From positions 310,001 to 374,000 of IMG/VR virus record IMGVR_UViG_3300030673_000004: a DNA stretch of 64,000 nucleotides; one strand, given 5' to 3'. A program made the position numbers and the translations under genes. The notes below the pieces were generated by a model that was not told the origin of the DNA, did no database searches, and saw only the letters and a program-made list of their open reading frames with translations. Positions 29,459 through 39,670 of this stretch are shown here, piece after piece; the first letter of the stretch is position 1, and the number at the start of each line of letters is the position of its first letter.

Positions 29459-32068
29459 ATGGCATTAACTAATGAAGTCCAATATCCTGAACCATCTGCC
29501 TCTGGTTTTCTTTTCGCAAATAAAGCATCAGATGGAACCATAACCTATACATGGCAGACAGGCGGAGCATCCGATAAACCGGAAACGCCAACATTCTCTG
29601 TTGCAGCAGGAACATATGCACAAGGTCAAAATGTAACAATAACATCCGCCACAACCGATGCTGTTATCTATTACACGATAGATGGCTCAATACCATCAAC
29701 AACAGCTACCCAGTACACAGACCCGGTAAGCATTAAAAACTCCTGCACACTATCAGCAGTCGCAGTAGTGAGTGGTTATACGTATAGCACAGTAGCAACA
29801 GTAGCGTACTCTATTGTTCGTCGCATTGTCACAACAGCCCAAGACAGTTCAACATACATAGCGGTTGCATTAACGAGTGATGACTCTGGTAGTACGTGGT
29901 CCGGCTTAGCCCTTCATAACTCAAATACAGCCTCACGTATTGCATCATTATATGGAACAACAGTACTATCTAGCAATTACTTATTTGCTATCAGTACAGA
30001 CAGATGCACTACGTTTAACACAATACCAGCTTCAACAAACAACACATACTGGCCACCAACGTCTATTAAAGATGTCCATGCGGTAAATGGCATATTCCTA
30101 GGATATGTTGGATATATAAACAGCAATGGGTCATATTATGCATGTGTTGCAGTATCACACTCAGGTAATTACTTTAAGTTCCTAAGCATTCCTGTACCAA
30201 GCCAACCTAGCTATAGCTACGGAAGCAGCGCACATATAGCAAATGCAGCTTTTTACAATGGAATATATCTTATCTGGCTAGGTAACTATATGCTGAAAAG
30301 TACAGATAACTGTGCAAGTTTTACAGTTTTATCTAATATGCCATTTGCACAAGGAACAGATCTAAAGAGTACAGCATATGGATTTATTTTAGGTGCCTCC
30401 TCTGCTGTATATACGTCAACAGATGGAGAAACTTGGAGTCAAGCAACTATAACTACGTATAGTAATTACAATTACATTGTATGCACTCTCTCTACTAACG
30501 TAATTCTAATATATAGCAGTTCTAACACACAAGTTAGTTACGATGGTGGTCATACATTTAACAAATGTTTTAATGTTTCTGGAAATGAAATTTTAGACTA
30601 TGCGCAATCCGACGTAAGAACTGCAGAGGTTGGCTACCTTCAAAACAATGTCACAGTACAACAAAGACAACTTATGCAGCCATCAACAGCTACACCTGTT
30701 ACTCAATCACAAAATACAGGAAATAGGGTAACATGGAACGGAGATAAGTTTATAATAAAAGCAGGAGCCGAACTAGAACGAATAGGAAATGATCCAAGCA
30801 CCTCCGAAACACTAACTACTCTCAGTACTTATGGCTCAACTCATGGACTCTCAATAAGCTCAGACTCCTCTATCGCGCTAGGAACGGTTAGTGATACTGA
30901 AACAAACCTGATTCAAGACACACAACAAACAGTGCCAACACCCACAGTAACAAAACTAGCCTATACCCAAACATACTTAACGGATTCCGGAAATGACGCT
31001 TTTACTACTAGCTTTGACACATTAAACTGCGGTTGTTATAATCCAGCAACAGGGCTTCTCTATGTAGCCCCAAGTTCAGGAAACATCAAAACAATAAACA
31101 CCGCAACGGGTGTTTATTCTAATCTAACAACAGGTGGTTATAAAACCTACACAGGTCTTCTCTACTGTAGCACAGATGGCTTTTTATATGGTGGTATAAA
31201 CGGTGGTTATATCTACAAAATAGATTCCACAACAGGCGTAGAAACAGCGCTAACATCCGTATCTAGGTATTGGGCATATCTAACATACAACCAAACTAAT
31301 AGCTTACTCTATGGAGTTTGCAGAACTTCATCAAGTAGCTATGGCAATACATCACTATATAGCATATCCCTAACAGGCACAGAAACATTAATAACAGCAG
31401 CATCTTCTTACCAATCAATACAAGGAATAAGCTACGATAGTAATAATGTGCTTATAATGAACTATGATGGTTCAGTATTGCGCGTATCAACAAGTGATAT
31501 AATAACTACAGTTAATACATGCATAGATCATGGTACGCATTATGCAGCAACAAAACCTATAGTATTTAATTCTCAGTATATTGGAATAGCATCAAATACG
31601 CTTATAGGTATGGCTGCCGATGGTACTGTCATATATCTGCCAAACCCGACTAACACAACGCGATCCTATAAACTTCTCATTGTAGCAGGATCCAGCCTAT
31701 ATGCAATTGTTAATGAGTACATATCTGGAACAACCTACCCAAACAGACTACGCTTACTGGCAGTAAGCACAACAAGTACCAATTATGTTGATGCAACAGT
31801 AACGGGAGATAACAACCTATTCCCTATACTGTTCGGAACCACTGACGGTTCAGATCCAACACCATCAAGTCAGGTGCTAGCAGCAAACGGAAGCTTAACT
31901 ATCCAAAATGCTACAGGAACATTGCAAAATTTTACATACAGTTATGGTACCTATGGTGGGGATCTAAGCAATATAACAGTAGCAAAGTTGCTAGCAGGAA
32001 ATACACTAAAAGTATTTGCATACATACCTAATTATACTATTAGCACAATTGTAACTACACAACTATAG
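29459..32068 (+). CDS. Fibre/adhesin-like protein with CHB_HEX_C_1 repeats and BNR/beta-propeller domains
   Basis: YYTIDGSIPS, Asp-box-like S.D.G.TW motifs, and repeated LYG blades. Confidence 0.65.
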   Translation: MALTNEVQYPEPSASGFLFANKASDGTITYTWQTGGASDKPETPTFSVAAGTYAQGQNVTITSATTDAVIYYTIDGSIPSTTATQYTDPVSIKNSCTLSAVAVVSGYTYSTVATVAYSIVRRIVTTAQDSSTYIAVALTSDDSGSTWSGLALHNSNTASRIASLYGTTVLSSNYLFAISTDRCTTFNTIPASTNNTYWPPTSIKDVHAVNGIFLGYVGYINSNGSYYACVAVSHSGNYFKFLSIPVPSQPSYSYGSSAHIANAAFYNGIYLIWLGNYMLKSTDNCASFTVLSNMPFAQGTDLKSTAYGFILGASSAVYTSTDGETWSQATITTYSNYNYIVCTLSTNVILIYSSSNTQVSYDGGHTFNKCFNVSGNEILDYAQSDVRTAEVGYLQNNVTVQQRQLMQPSTATPVTQSQNTGNRVTWNGDKFIIKAGAELERIGNDPSTSETLTTLSTYGSTHGLSISSDSSIALGTVSDTETNLIQDTQQTVPTPTVTKLAYTQTYLTDSGNDAFTTSFDTLNCGCYNPATGLLYVAPSSGNIKTINTATGVYSNLTTGGYKTYTGLLYCSTDGFLYGGINGGYIYKIDSTTGVETALTSVSRYWAYLTYNQTNSLLYGVCRTSSSSYGNTSLYSISLTGTETLITAASSYQSIQGISYDSNNVLIMNYDGSVLRVSTSDIITTVNTCIDHGTHYAATKPIVFNSQYIGIASNTLIGMAADGTVIYLPNPTNTTRSYKLLIVAGSSLYAIVNEYISGTTYPNRLRLLAVSTTSTNYVDATVTGDNNLFPILFGTTDGSDPTPSSQVLAANGSLTIQNATGTLQNFTYSYGTYGGDLSNITVAKLLAGNTLKVFAYIPNYTISTIVTTQL

Positions 32069-32076
32069 GAGACATC

Positions 32077-32361
32077 ATGAACACATCAATCTTCGCAGAC
32101 TTAGAGATAGGTACTAAGATATGGAACTCGGCATGGCCTGCAACAACATACTTAGTAATCACGGAACTGAACAACAAAGCAGAAGCTAGAGCATTACAAC
32201 AAGATGGTAATCACCCACCGTACTTAAAGGAACCAACAGTACGTAAAATCATATTACACCAAGAGTTTGGTGAAACCACCCAAGAAGAGAATTGGATAAC
32301 AAATCAGACCGCGCTGTTAGATCAAAACTGGACACTCACGGAACCAAAAGCAGACGCATAA
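32077..32361 (+). CDS. DUF2829 / Tad2-like small protein
   Basis: C-terminal WITNQTALLDQNW fits the family motif W.xSQTD.LA.DW. N-terminal L..G.KI...W fits LK.GKKV.R.GW. Confidence 0.5.
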   Translation: MNTSIFADLEIGTKIWNSAWPATTYLVITELNNKAEARALQQDGNHPPYLKEPTVRKIILHQEFGETTQEENWITNQTALLDQNWTLTEPKADA

Positions 32362-32379
32362 AAGTCTTTGACATACAGA

Positions 32380-32418
32380 AGAAACAGCAGACCAACTAAC
32401 AGTCTGCTGTTTCTATTT
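32380..32418 (+). terminator. Intrinsic terminator
   Basis: Perfect 13-bp stem agaaacagcagac / gtctgctgtttct with a 9-nt loop, then attt. Confidence 0.75.
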
Positions 32419-32457
32419 AGTACCATCCTATGCAAGAACCTTTTATTAGAGGTCGGT

Positions 32458-33138
32458 ATGATAAAGCGTGCGGACAGTGAAAATATAGTCACAGACGGTC
32501 TGAGTAATGCTCAAACCTTCTGGACAGGTATTTCTACTGTACCTACCGTTCGTAATTCATACAATGAAGATATGTACACAGGTACGTTTGATGTCATTGA
32601 CACAGTAAACGACCCTATGTTTGATGGTTACTGTTTCCTACAAATGATGCAGGCAGAGAGCTTACAAGGATCGTCTAACTATCACTACCTGTCCTTGAGA
32701 GAGACCGGCTACCAGTTACCTATATTTAGAGCAGAAGATTCTAAAGTCTACATGCCTATATCGGTAGTCTTTGGCTGGAATGGTGATACTGACTCCTACA
32801 TTACGCTAGACACCTTTGACTCTAGTACGCCAAACAGCTTATACATAAAAACGATCTTTACTGATATGAAAGCATCTGTCTTCATAAATGGTGTGGAAAA
32901 GATTAGTCCTGATGTATCAGCGTGCTTTTCAAGTGTGGATAACACAAGAAAACTCTTGTATAGGATACTAACACAAAATGTAACAGGCTATTCTAGTGGA
33001 AGTTCCTTAATACAAGGAACTATTCAAGTATCACTAACAGACACAACAACTCAAAAAATCTATGTGCTACATCAAGGGTCTTATACAGTAGATCCTTCTC
33101 GTACCTATCAAGTTGAAACACGAATATCACACAGTTAA
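32458..33138 (+). CDS. Virion protein, paralog of 38973..39659
   Basis: Start moved to ATG 32458 (SD AGAGGT), because the TTG at 32368 precedes a terminator. FWTGIST and YL.LRETGY.LP.F are shared with 38973..39659. Confidence 0.7.
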   Translation: MIKRADSENIVTDGLSNAQTFWTGISTVPTVRNSYNEDMYTGTFDVIDTVNDPMFDGYCFLQMMQAESLQGSSNYHYLSLRETGYQLPIFRAEDSKVYMPISVVFGWNGDTDSYITLDTFDSSTPNSLYIKTIFTDMKASVFINGVEKISPDVSACFSSVDNTRKLLYRILTQNVTGYSSGSSLIQGTIQVSLTDTTTQKIYVLHQGSYTVDPSRTYQVETRISHS

Positions 33139-33149
33139 AAGGAATCCGC

Positions 33150-34670
33150 ATGTCAGCAATCATAGCAACATACACAACAGGCCAAGCCCTTTTAGAGGGA
33201 TTACATTCTTTCTTAATGCTAGGCCACACCCTACCTCCAATCTATACATCAGCTAACTCGCTGACTACATTTACCCCTGGAACTGGATGGACTGGAAGTA
33301 ACACCACAGGCTATGTTCATGCAACTGGAAATACTGCTGCATTCACTGAGTCAACGGCTTTAATAGTTGGAAGAACATACACACTTACCATCAATGTGAC
33401 TGCTTATACATCCGGGTCTATTGGCTATTCTGTTGGTGGCTTCTCTTCGAGCACAATAACGTCAACATACACTCGAACATTCATAGCTACAGCTACGACA
33501 GCCTTGACTATTACACCTACATCTGATTTCGTAGGTACGATCACAACCAGCTTGATCGTAACGCCTGTAAGTGACTGCTACATTGATGATGCCATAGGGA
33601 CTGCTTCTAGTGTCTATGAGCTATTCACAATTATCTTTACGAGTGCAACCGCATTTACAGTAGTTGGATCTGTTAATGGATCACTGGGAACTGGTGTGGT
33701 TGGAACCACGTTCACCTCAACCTACGTGAACTTTACGATTGTAGCTGGAAGCACCGCAAATGTCGTAGGTGATGTTATTCAACTACAAATGACTGCACCT
33801 TGGACTGCTTTGGTACATTCACAAGCTGCTCAATATACATGGCAAACTCCTGGTAATGACAATAATGGCGGTGCCACGGTTGGGCTCTTATGTTCTTCAA
33901 ATGCCACAACAAACTACTTTGATGCTCAAGTTGTTATGTATCCTGTATGGCAACCTGCACTTGCCGAAGCATCACAATGGAAGCGATATGCTGGAGCTTA
34001 CTGGACACTAGGACCAGCGGCAGGTCAAGCATGTACGCTGTATGCTGTAGCTGATGGTAGATTCTGTTATGCTTGTTGTTTAGTGGGTTCTACGTACTCT
34101 TCAGCTTGTTTTGGCTGGATGGATGCAACAAATACAATTGACCAGCACCCACAACCTCTGTTGATCGGAGGGAACGCAACTACTGCTGTACAATGGTCTA
34201 ATTCGGCTTGCAGATCCCCCGTATATGCAAGTGCCACTAGTGTGTGGAGTCCCGCAGGAAACGGCGGTGGGATAATTACAACTGTATTTTTGCATGCATA
34301 TTTGCCTTCAGGTAGAATCTGTGGACTACATGGGATAGATAGTGCAATAGATGAATCCTCTGGCGACTGTACGTCTGTTCAAGTGAACAGAGAGGGTAGT
34401 AGACTACAACTTAATTTGGATGATACCGTTCCATTGTATCAAATTAAAATACAATCTTTGAGTGGATATGCAGTTGCATATCCAGGATCAGTCTTAGGAA
34501 TTTGGGGCATATTACCGTTTGTAAGGATAATTCCATGCTATAAAGCTGATGGCTCTTTAATTGGCGGTGGTGTTATCTTTAGAAACATTGTCAATAGGCG
34601 TAAATATATAACACTTCAGACTGGGTATATAACAGACGCCTCGAACACCTATGCATTGGAGATGGCATAA
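33150..34670 (+). CDS. Virion structural protein (beta-rich)
   Basis: SD AAGGA. The segment ELFTIIFTSATAFTVVGSVNGSLGTGVVG..F....VNFTI.AG....VGD resembles tail structural proteins I recall from YuA/M6-like phages (not verified). Confidence 0.5.
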   Translation: MSAIIATYTTGQALLEGLHSFLMLGHTLPPIYTSANSLTTFTPGTGWTGSNTTGYVHATGNTAAFTESTALIVGRTYTLTINVTAYTSGSIGYSVGGFSSSTITSTYTRTFIATATTALTITPTSDFVGTITTSLIVTPVSDCYIDDAIGTASSVYELFTIIFTSATAFTVVGSVNGSLGTGVVGTTFTSTYVNFTIVAGSTANVVGDVIQLQMTAPWTALVHSQAAQYTWQTPGNDNNGGATVGLLCSSNATTNYFDAQVVMYPVWQPALAEASQWKRYAGAYWTLGPAAGQACTLYAVADGRFCYACCLVGSTYSSACFGWMDATNTIDQHPQPLLIGGNATTAVQWSNSACRSPVYASATSVWSPAGNGGGIITTVFLHAYLPSGRICGLHGIDSAIDESSGDCTSVQVNREGSRLQLNLDDTVPLYQIKIQSLSGYAVAYPGSVLGIWGILPFVRIIPCYKADGSLIGGGVIFRNIVNRRKYITLQTGYITDASNTYALEMA

Positions 34671-35716
34671 TGCCCGCACCTAAATATCTAGTTACAACAT
34701 ACACATCTGCATATAATGCCTTAACTACTATAGACACTTGGCTAGTAAATACAATGGGCTATACCAGAAACTTAGCTCCAACTGCTGATACTGTTACATA
34801 TACTGGATACAAAGCTCATTATCAGTTCACATTTGTTACAGGTGAAACGATTTACCTTAACTTTCATACTGATACAACAAATTCTAAACTATATTTAACC
34901 ACATCGCGAGCATATGTATCAGGAACTGCTTGGAATGCTCAAACAGGAACTGCTAATGTGCTGTCAAATGCAATAATCTATGGTTGGGTTAATGTGCCAA
35001 CAAGCAGTTCAAACAATGCATTATATCTATTTGGGGATTCTGCTGGAAACTGTCAAGTATTTATTCAACGTGGAATAGATATTGCTGCTAGTGATATGTT
35101 ACAGTGGGGACTTCTTAATAAGGGTGGATTTGGTAGCTGGAGTGGTGGGTTGTTTTTTGATTCCTGGCAAATACGTAGTACCACATTAGATAGTACTGCT
35201 AGTGCTCCTTCTATAATTAACGCAAGCAACTATGAAACTCCAGTAGGAGCCATTGACATAACATGCGATTCTATCACATGTTGGGCTGGTATTAAAACAT
35301 TCTCAGGGCGCAACTCATCACAAACTTATGAACCTGATTCCACAATAGGGACTACATCATCTTATTGGAGTAGCATTATTGTAGGATCAACTATAGGTCG
35401 TATGCTAAATTCATTTCTGTCACAAAACAGTGATAATAGTGGCGCATTTCCATCTAGTAAAGCGAATGTAAGTGAAGATATGCCTACAGGTTACGTAAAC
35501 ATGATAACAGGAAAGGTATCATTAGGCCCAAATCCAACTATATATGTACGTCATGAATCCACACAAAGATTATCGCCTATAGGTAGAATACCTTTTGGTT
35601 ATCAATGCCCTATCGCTGGGTTCTATAGACATGTAGCCCCGGGAACCCAGTTAGTGCAAGACGGGCGCACATTTATCATGATGGGAAACATTGCTGCGGA
35701 GATGGTAAGTGTCTAA
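34670..35716 (+). CDS. Virion structural protein
   Basis: TAATG-coupled to the previous gene. Ser/Thr/Gly-rich. Confidence 0.55.
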   Translation: MPAPKYLVTTYTSAYNALTTIDTWLVNTMGYTRNLAPTADTVTYTGYKAHYQFTFVTGETIYLNFHTDTTNSKLYLTTSRAYVSGTAWNAQTGTANVLSNAIIYGWVNVPTSSSNNALYLFGDSAGNCQVFIQRGIDIAASDMLQWGLLNKGGFGSWSGGLFFDSWQIRSTTLDSTASAPSIINASNYETPVGAIDITCDSITCWAGIKTFSGRNSSQTYEPDSTIGTTSSYWSSIIVGSTIGRMLNSFLSQNSDNSGAFPSSKANVSEDMPTGYVNMITGKVSLGPNPTIYVRHESTQRLSPIGRIPFGYQCPIAGFYRHVAPGTQLVQDGRTFIMMGNIAAEMVSV

Positions 35717-38700
35717 TCCATTAGTGGCAATTGCTCCTAAATTTGGCCCACTTAGTTTACAGCTATCTAAGCATTACTTAGCAGCTTCAGTAACTAATGC
35801 CAGCTTTGTTGGATATCTGCCGGATGGCCCAAAAGTAAGTGTATCAGGTGGTGGCGGTGTAATGCCTCTTGGTCCGTCTTTTGGACCTGCGGTATCTGAT
35901 AACTCAATTTTGCAGCTTCAGCCACAAGTTAATTTAACGAACACCCATAATAGATCAGGTACGCTTACATTCAAGATACCCGGACCTGCCACAGGCGTAC
36001 CCACAGTAACAGTACAAAATAAAGCACAAGCAGTAACAATAAAACAAGCTACTGCTAATACAGCACCTTTATCTTTAAGAAAATCAACAAAATACAGCTA
36101 CACGTGGAATACAGCAAATACCACGCATGATGTAGACACAACAGTAACAGCTAGTACAAATACACAAGGGTCACTTCCCGTATCGTATCGTATTTATGGT
36201 GGAACTAATTCAGCTTCTACGGTTACATGGGTAACAGCATCTCAAAATGTCTACATCAATGATACACAACCTATTATATTCACACTAGCCGATGTAGACA
36301 AGGATCCAATAACATACTATTTATACGATAACTTAGGCTTAATAAAAACAGATACAGTATCGAGTAATCAAACAATATCGGTACCTTATACAAATGCAAC
36401 GATAGGAACACATAGCTTCAGTTTGAAGCTGATTGATGACGCTCAAGCAGAGACAGATAGTACAGGACCTACACTAAATGTCTTCCCCCAGGCAGATGCC
36501 CCGACAGCATCAGAGCCTTCTGGAACGTACCTAGGATCAGCGACCGTTACACTGGCATCGGACCAATCTGGTAGTATCTACTACACACTTGATGGAACTA
36601 CGCCAACAAGTGCATCAGCATTATACTCCACTGCCATAGTAATAACAACATCATGCACACTTAATGCTGTCAGTATCGTACCTAATTATAAAGTATCTCC
36701 GGTTTTAACAGTTACGTACAACATTAAAACAAGTACGCCAGTAATACAAACAGCTTCCGGAACATATACATCGGCTCAGTCTGTTTCTATTACATGTGAT
36801 ACAAATAATTCAACCATCATCTATACCGAGGATGGTACAGATCCTGCCATAAATACAAATCCGCAAATAGCTGCAACTACAACAAGTCAGCTATGGCGAA
36901 CAGGGTGTGTCAGTTCTAATGATATTCTGTATGCGGCTGTCTACGGCGGGTACATATATAAATCCCTTAATCGCGGTCTAAATTGGATTCAGCTATCAGC
37001 ACCTCAGCTCAATTGGAGCACATCCTGTATTGGTGCTGACGGATCTTTATATTTCGGTGCTTATGGAAACTACATATATAAAAGTACAGATAACGGTACT
37101 ACTTGGGCACCGGTAGTCAGCGAAGGCACTCGTAGCTGGAACACAAGTTGCGCAGGCACTGACGGATCTTTATACTTCGGAATCGACAACGGATATCTTC
37201 ACGTATCTAACGATAACGGTAATACATGGACATCGAAAACAAGCCTAGGGATGAAGACATGGGCTACCTGCTGCGTAGCAAGTAATGGAACAATATACTT
37301 TGCAGCATCTAATGAATCCGTCTATGCCTCATTAGATAAAGGTACTACATGGACACCAAATGCTATCCTGGGAACGCAACAATGGACAACATCATGTGTA
37401 GGACTTGATCATGCCCTATACCTCGGTGCCTCTAACGGATCTATCTATAAGTCTACGGATCAAGGAACATCATGGGCAGCGCTGTCAGCAGCAGGTACAG
37501 CCAATTGGGTTGCTTCTACTGTGGGAACAGATGGATCCTTATATTTTGCAGCATCAGGCACAGCTAATATAAAGAAGTCAACAGATGCTGGAGCCACCTG
37601 GACAGATATAGTTATTGCTAGCCAAGGTACATGGGACTTCTTACTAACAGGAACAGACGGGTCTATCTATGCTTCAGATGCAAGCACAGAAGCTGGTGGT
37701 TACATCTACAAAATCCCGGCAGGAACCTGGGAAGTAGCTAACGGATACATCTACTCAGCACCTGTTACTGTAACACGGACAGAAACACTTAAAGCTATCA
37801 GTACGGTTAGTGGGCAAGTTGCTAGTGACGTAGCATCTACTAGCTACCAATTGAAAGCAAGTATTCCCACATTTGATCCTATTGCTGGAAATTATACAAG
37901 ATACATTACAGTTACTCTAGCTTCAAGTCTCTCGGGATCTACCACATACTATACATTAGATGGGACAGATCCGACTACAGAATCACCTGTATATAACACA
38001 GGCATCCGGCTAACTCAGCCTACAACAATAAAAGCGCTTACAGCATATGCAACGTGGGAAAATAGTGACATTGCAACCGCTGTTTATAACGTCACTACAC
38101 CGCAAGTTCCTACTTTCTCTGTACCTGCAGGTACCTATAATACAGCGCAGACAGTCGCCTTAGCCTGCTCAACAACTGGCGCTTCTATCTACTATACCCT
38201 GGATGGAACAGACCCTTCTCCAGATGCTACAGAGTCGCCTACATCTATTCTATACACAACATCAATTGCTGTTGATGTATCAAAAACAATTAAAGCCCTT
38301 GCTACGACCGAGGGTGATGCCCGCAGTGATATCGTAACGGCTACCTACGAATTAAAAGCCGTATCTCCAGTCTTCTCTGCGGCAACCGGGACATTTACAG
38401 ATAATTTTGTTACAAGCATAGCCACAACAACATCCAATGCTAAGATCTATTACACAATAGATGGTACCACACCAACGATAGATAGCTATTTATACAGTTC
38501 TCCGTTGGACATATTCTCAACGATAACTCTTAAAGCTATTGCCATCTTCGCGGGATGGACATCTAGTGATGTTACAACTGTTACATATACATTTATTCCT
38601 AAGACATCTGTTGCACCGACATTCTCTTTACCAACAGGCACGTATACAGAAGCAATAGCTGTATCTTTGGCATCTCCGACACCGAATAAAATAATAAGAT

Positions 38701-38960
38701 ACACACTAGATGGTACCGACCCCAGTGTGACATCATCTATATATCTAGGTGTTCTTACTATAAGTCAAACGACTACAATAAAAGCTTATGTCACATCCCC
38801 AGGCTATAATGATAGTACGATAGCCATAGTCACCTATACAATAAACATACCAGTACCAGTACCAGAAGGACATGTTGTCCCTGTATACAGCAACCTATAT
38901 GTATACGACTTCAAAATGGGATTACGTGAAGTATGTGCTTTCTTGACAGCGTCAACCTGA
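35709..38960 (+). CDS. Fibre/adhesin-like protein: six CHB_HEX_C_1 repeats and a 7-blade BNR propeller
   Basis: YT.DGT.P x6, seven ~41-aa blades W..S..G.DGSLYF....G.IYKS.D.G.TW, and a C-terminal YDFKMGLR motif. Confidence 0.7.
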   Translation: MSNPLVAIAPKFGPLSLQLSKHYLAASVTNASFVGYLPDGPKVSVSGGGGVMPLGPSFGPAVSDNSILQLQPQVNLTNTHNRSGTLTFKIPGPATGVPTVTVQNKAQAVTIKQATANTAPLSLRKSTKYSYTWNTANTTHDVDTTVTASTNTQGSLPVSYRIYGGTNSASTVTWVTASQNVYINDTQPIIFTLADVDKDPITYYLYDNLGLIKTDTVSSNQTISVPYTNATIGTHSFSLKLIDDAQAETDSTGPTLNVFPQADAPTASEPSGTYLGSATVTLASDQSGSIYYTLDGTTPTSASALYSTAIVITTSCTLNAVSIVPNYKVSPVLTVTYNIKTSTPVIQTASGTYTSAQSVSITCDTNNSTIIYTEDGTDPAINTNPQIAATTTSQLWRTGCVSSNDILYAAVYGGYIYKSLNRGLNWIQLSAPQLNWSTSCIGADGSLYFGAYGNYIYKSTDNGTTWAPVVSEGTRSWNTSCAGTDGSLYFGIDNGYLHVSNDNGNTWTSKTSLGMKTWATCCVASNGTIYFAASNESVYASLDKGTTWTPNAILGTQQWTTSCVGLDHALYLGASNGSIYKSTDQGTSWAALSAAGTANWVASTVGTDGSLYFAASGTANIKKSTDAGATWTDIVIASQGTWDFLLTGTDGSIYASDASTEAGGYIYKIPAGTWEVANGYIYSAPVTVTRTETLKAISTVSGQVASDVASTSYQLKASIPTFDPIAGNYTRYITVTLASSLSGSTTYYTLDGTDPTTESPVYNTGIRLTQPTTIKALTAYATWENSDIATAVYNVTTPQVPTFSVPAGTYNTAQTVALACSTTGASIYYTLDGTDPSPDATESPTSILYTTSIAVDVSKTIKALATTEGDARSDIVTATYELKAVSPVFSAATGTFTDNFVTSIATTTSNAKIYYTIDGTTPTIDSYLYSSPLDIFSTITLKAIAIFAGWTSSDVTTVTYTFIPKTSVAPTFSLPTGTYTEAIAVSLASPTPNKIIRYTLDGTDPSVTSSIYLGVLTISQTTTIKAYVTSPGYNDSTIAIVTYTINIPVPVPEGHVVPVYSNLYVYDFKMGLREVCAFLTAST

Positions 38961-38972
38961 TAAAAATCAAAT

Positions 38973-39659
38973 ATGAGCAATACACTAACAGCAAATGAAG
39001 TAGTTGTAACGGCAGGTTTAGAAACTGCTAAACCCTTCTGGACAGGCATATCTACAATACCAGATACAACTACTACCAGTGGAGATCATCTGTATATTGG
39101 TACATTTGCTGTAGTTGATAATACATCATCTGTATCCTATGATGGCTTTTGTCAACTCACTATGACACAACGTACTGAATTAGCGGGTATCTCATGCCCG
39201 CAGTACTTAGCACTACGCGAAACCGGATATGCCTTACCGCTATTCAAAGCATCAAATGCTGATGTATATGAACCGATATCTATTGTTTTTGATTGGACAG
39301 GGGACATTGATTCACAAGCTGAATTCTTAATATACAGTAAAAAGAATCCAGCAACTAGATATATAAAATTAGTATTCACAGGAACAAGCGCTGACATAAT
39401 AATAAACGGTGTAACACAAACAACACCAAGTATAGCATCATTCTTTACAGATGATAGAATTATCCGCAAAGTAACCTTAGCTATTTTGACACAAAATACA
39501 GCTAAGAATACAGTAACAACAGCATCAAACGTAGCTGGGCGTATACAAATTTTACTAACAGACTATCAAACAGGCATCAATCGCATTCTATGGGATAATA
39601 TAACAACAGTAGACCCATCAGAACTATACCAGTTTGAAGCACGTCTAATACATAGCTAA
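38973..39659 (+). CDS. Virion protein, paralog of 32458..33138
   Basis: Collinear similarity with 32458..33138 over its whole length. Confidence 0.7.
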   Translation: MSNTLTANEVVVTAGLETAKPFWTGISTIPDTTTTSGDHLYIGTFAVVDNTSSVSYDGFCQLTMTQRTELAGISCPQYLALRETGYALPLFKASNADVYEPISIVFDWTGDIDSQAEFLIYSKKNPATRYIKLVFTGTSADIIINGVTQTTPSIASFFTDDRIIRKVTLAILTQNTAKNTVTTASNVAGRIQILLTDYQTGINRILWDNITTVDPSELYQFEARLIHS

Positions 39660-39670
39660 AAGAGATACAA

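Noticed and set aside
32368-32400. TTGACA as a promoter, and TTG as the start of the 256-aa ORF
   Set aside because: There is no -10 box at 16-18 nt, and a terminator lies between this TTG and the better ATG at 32458.
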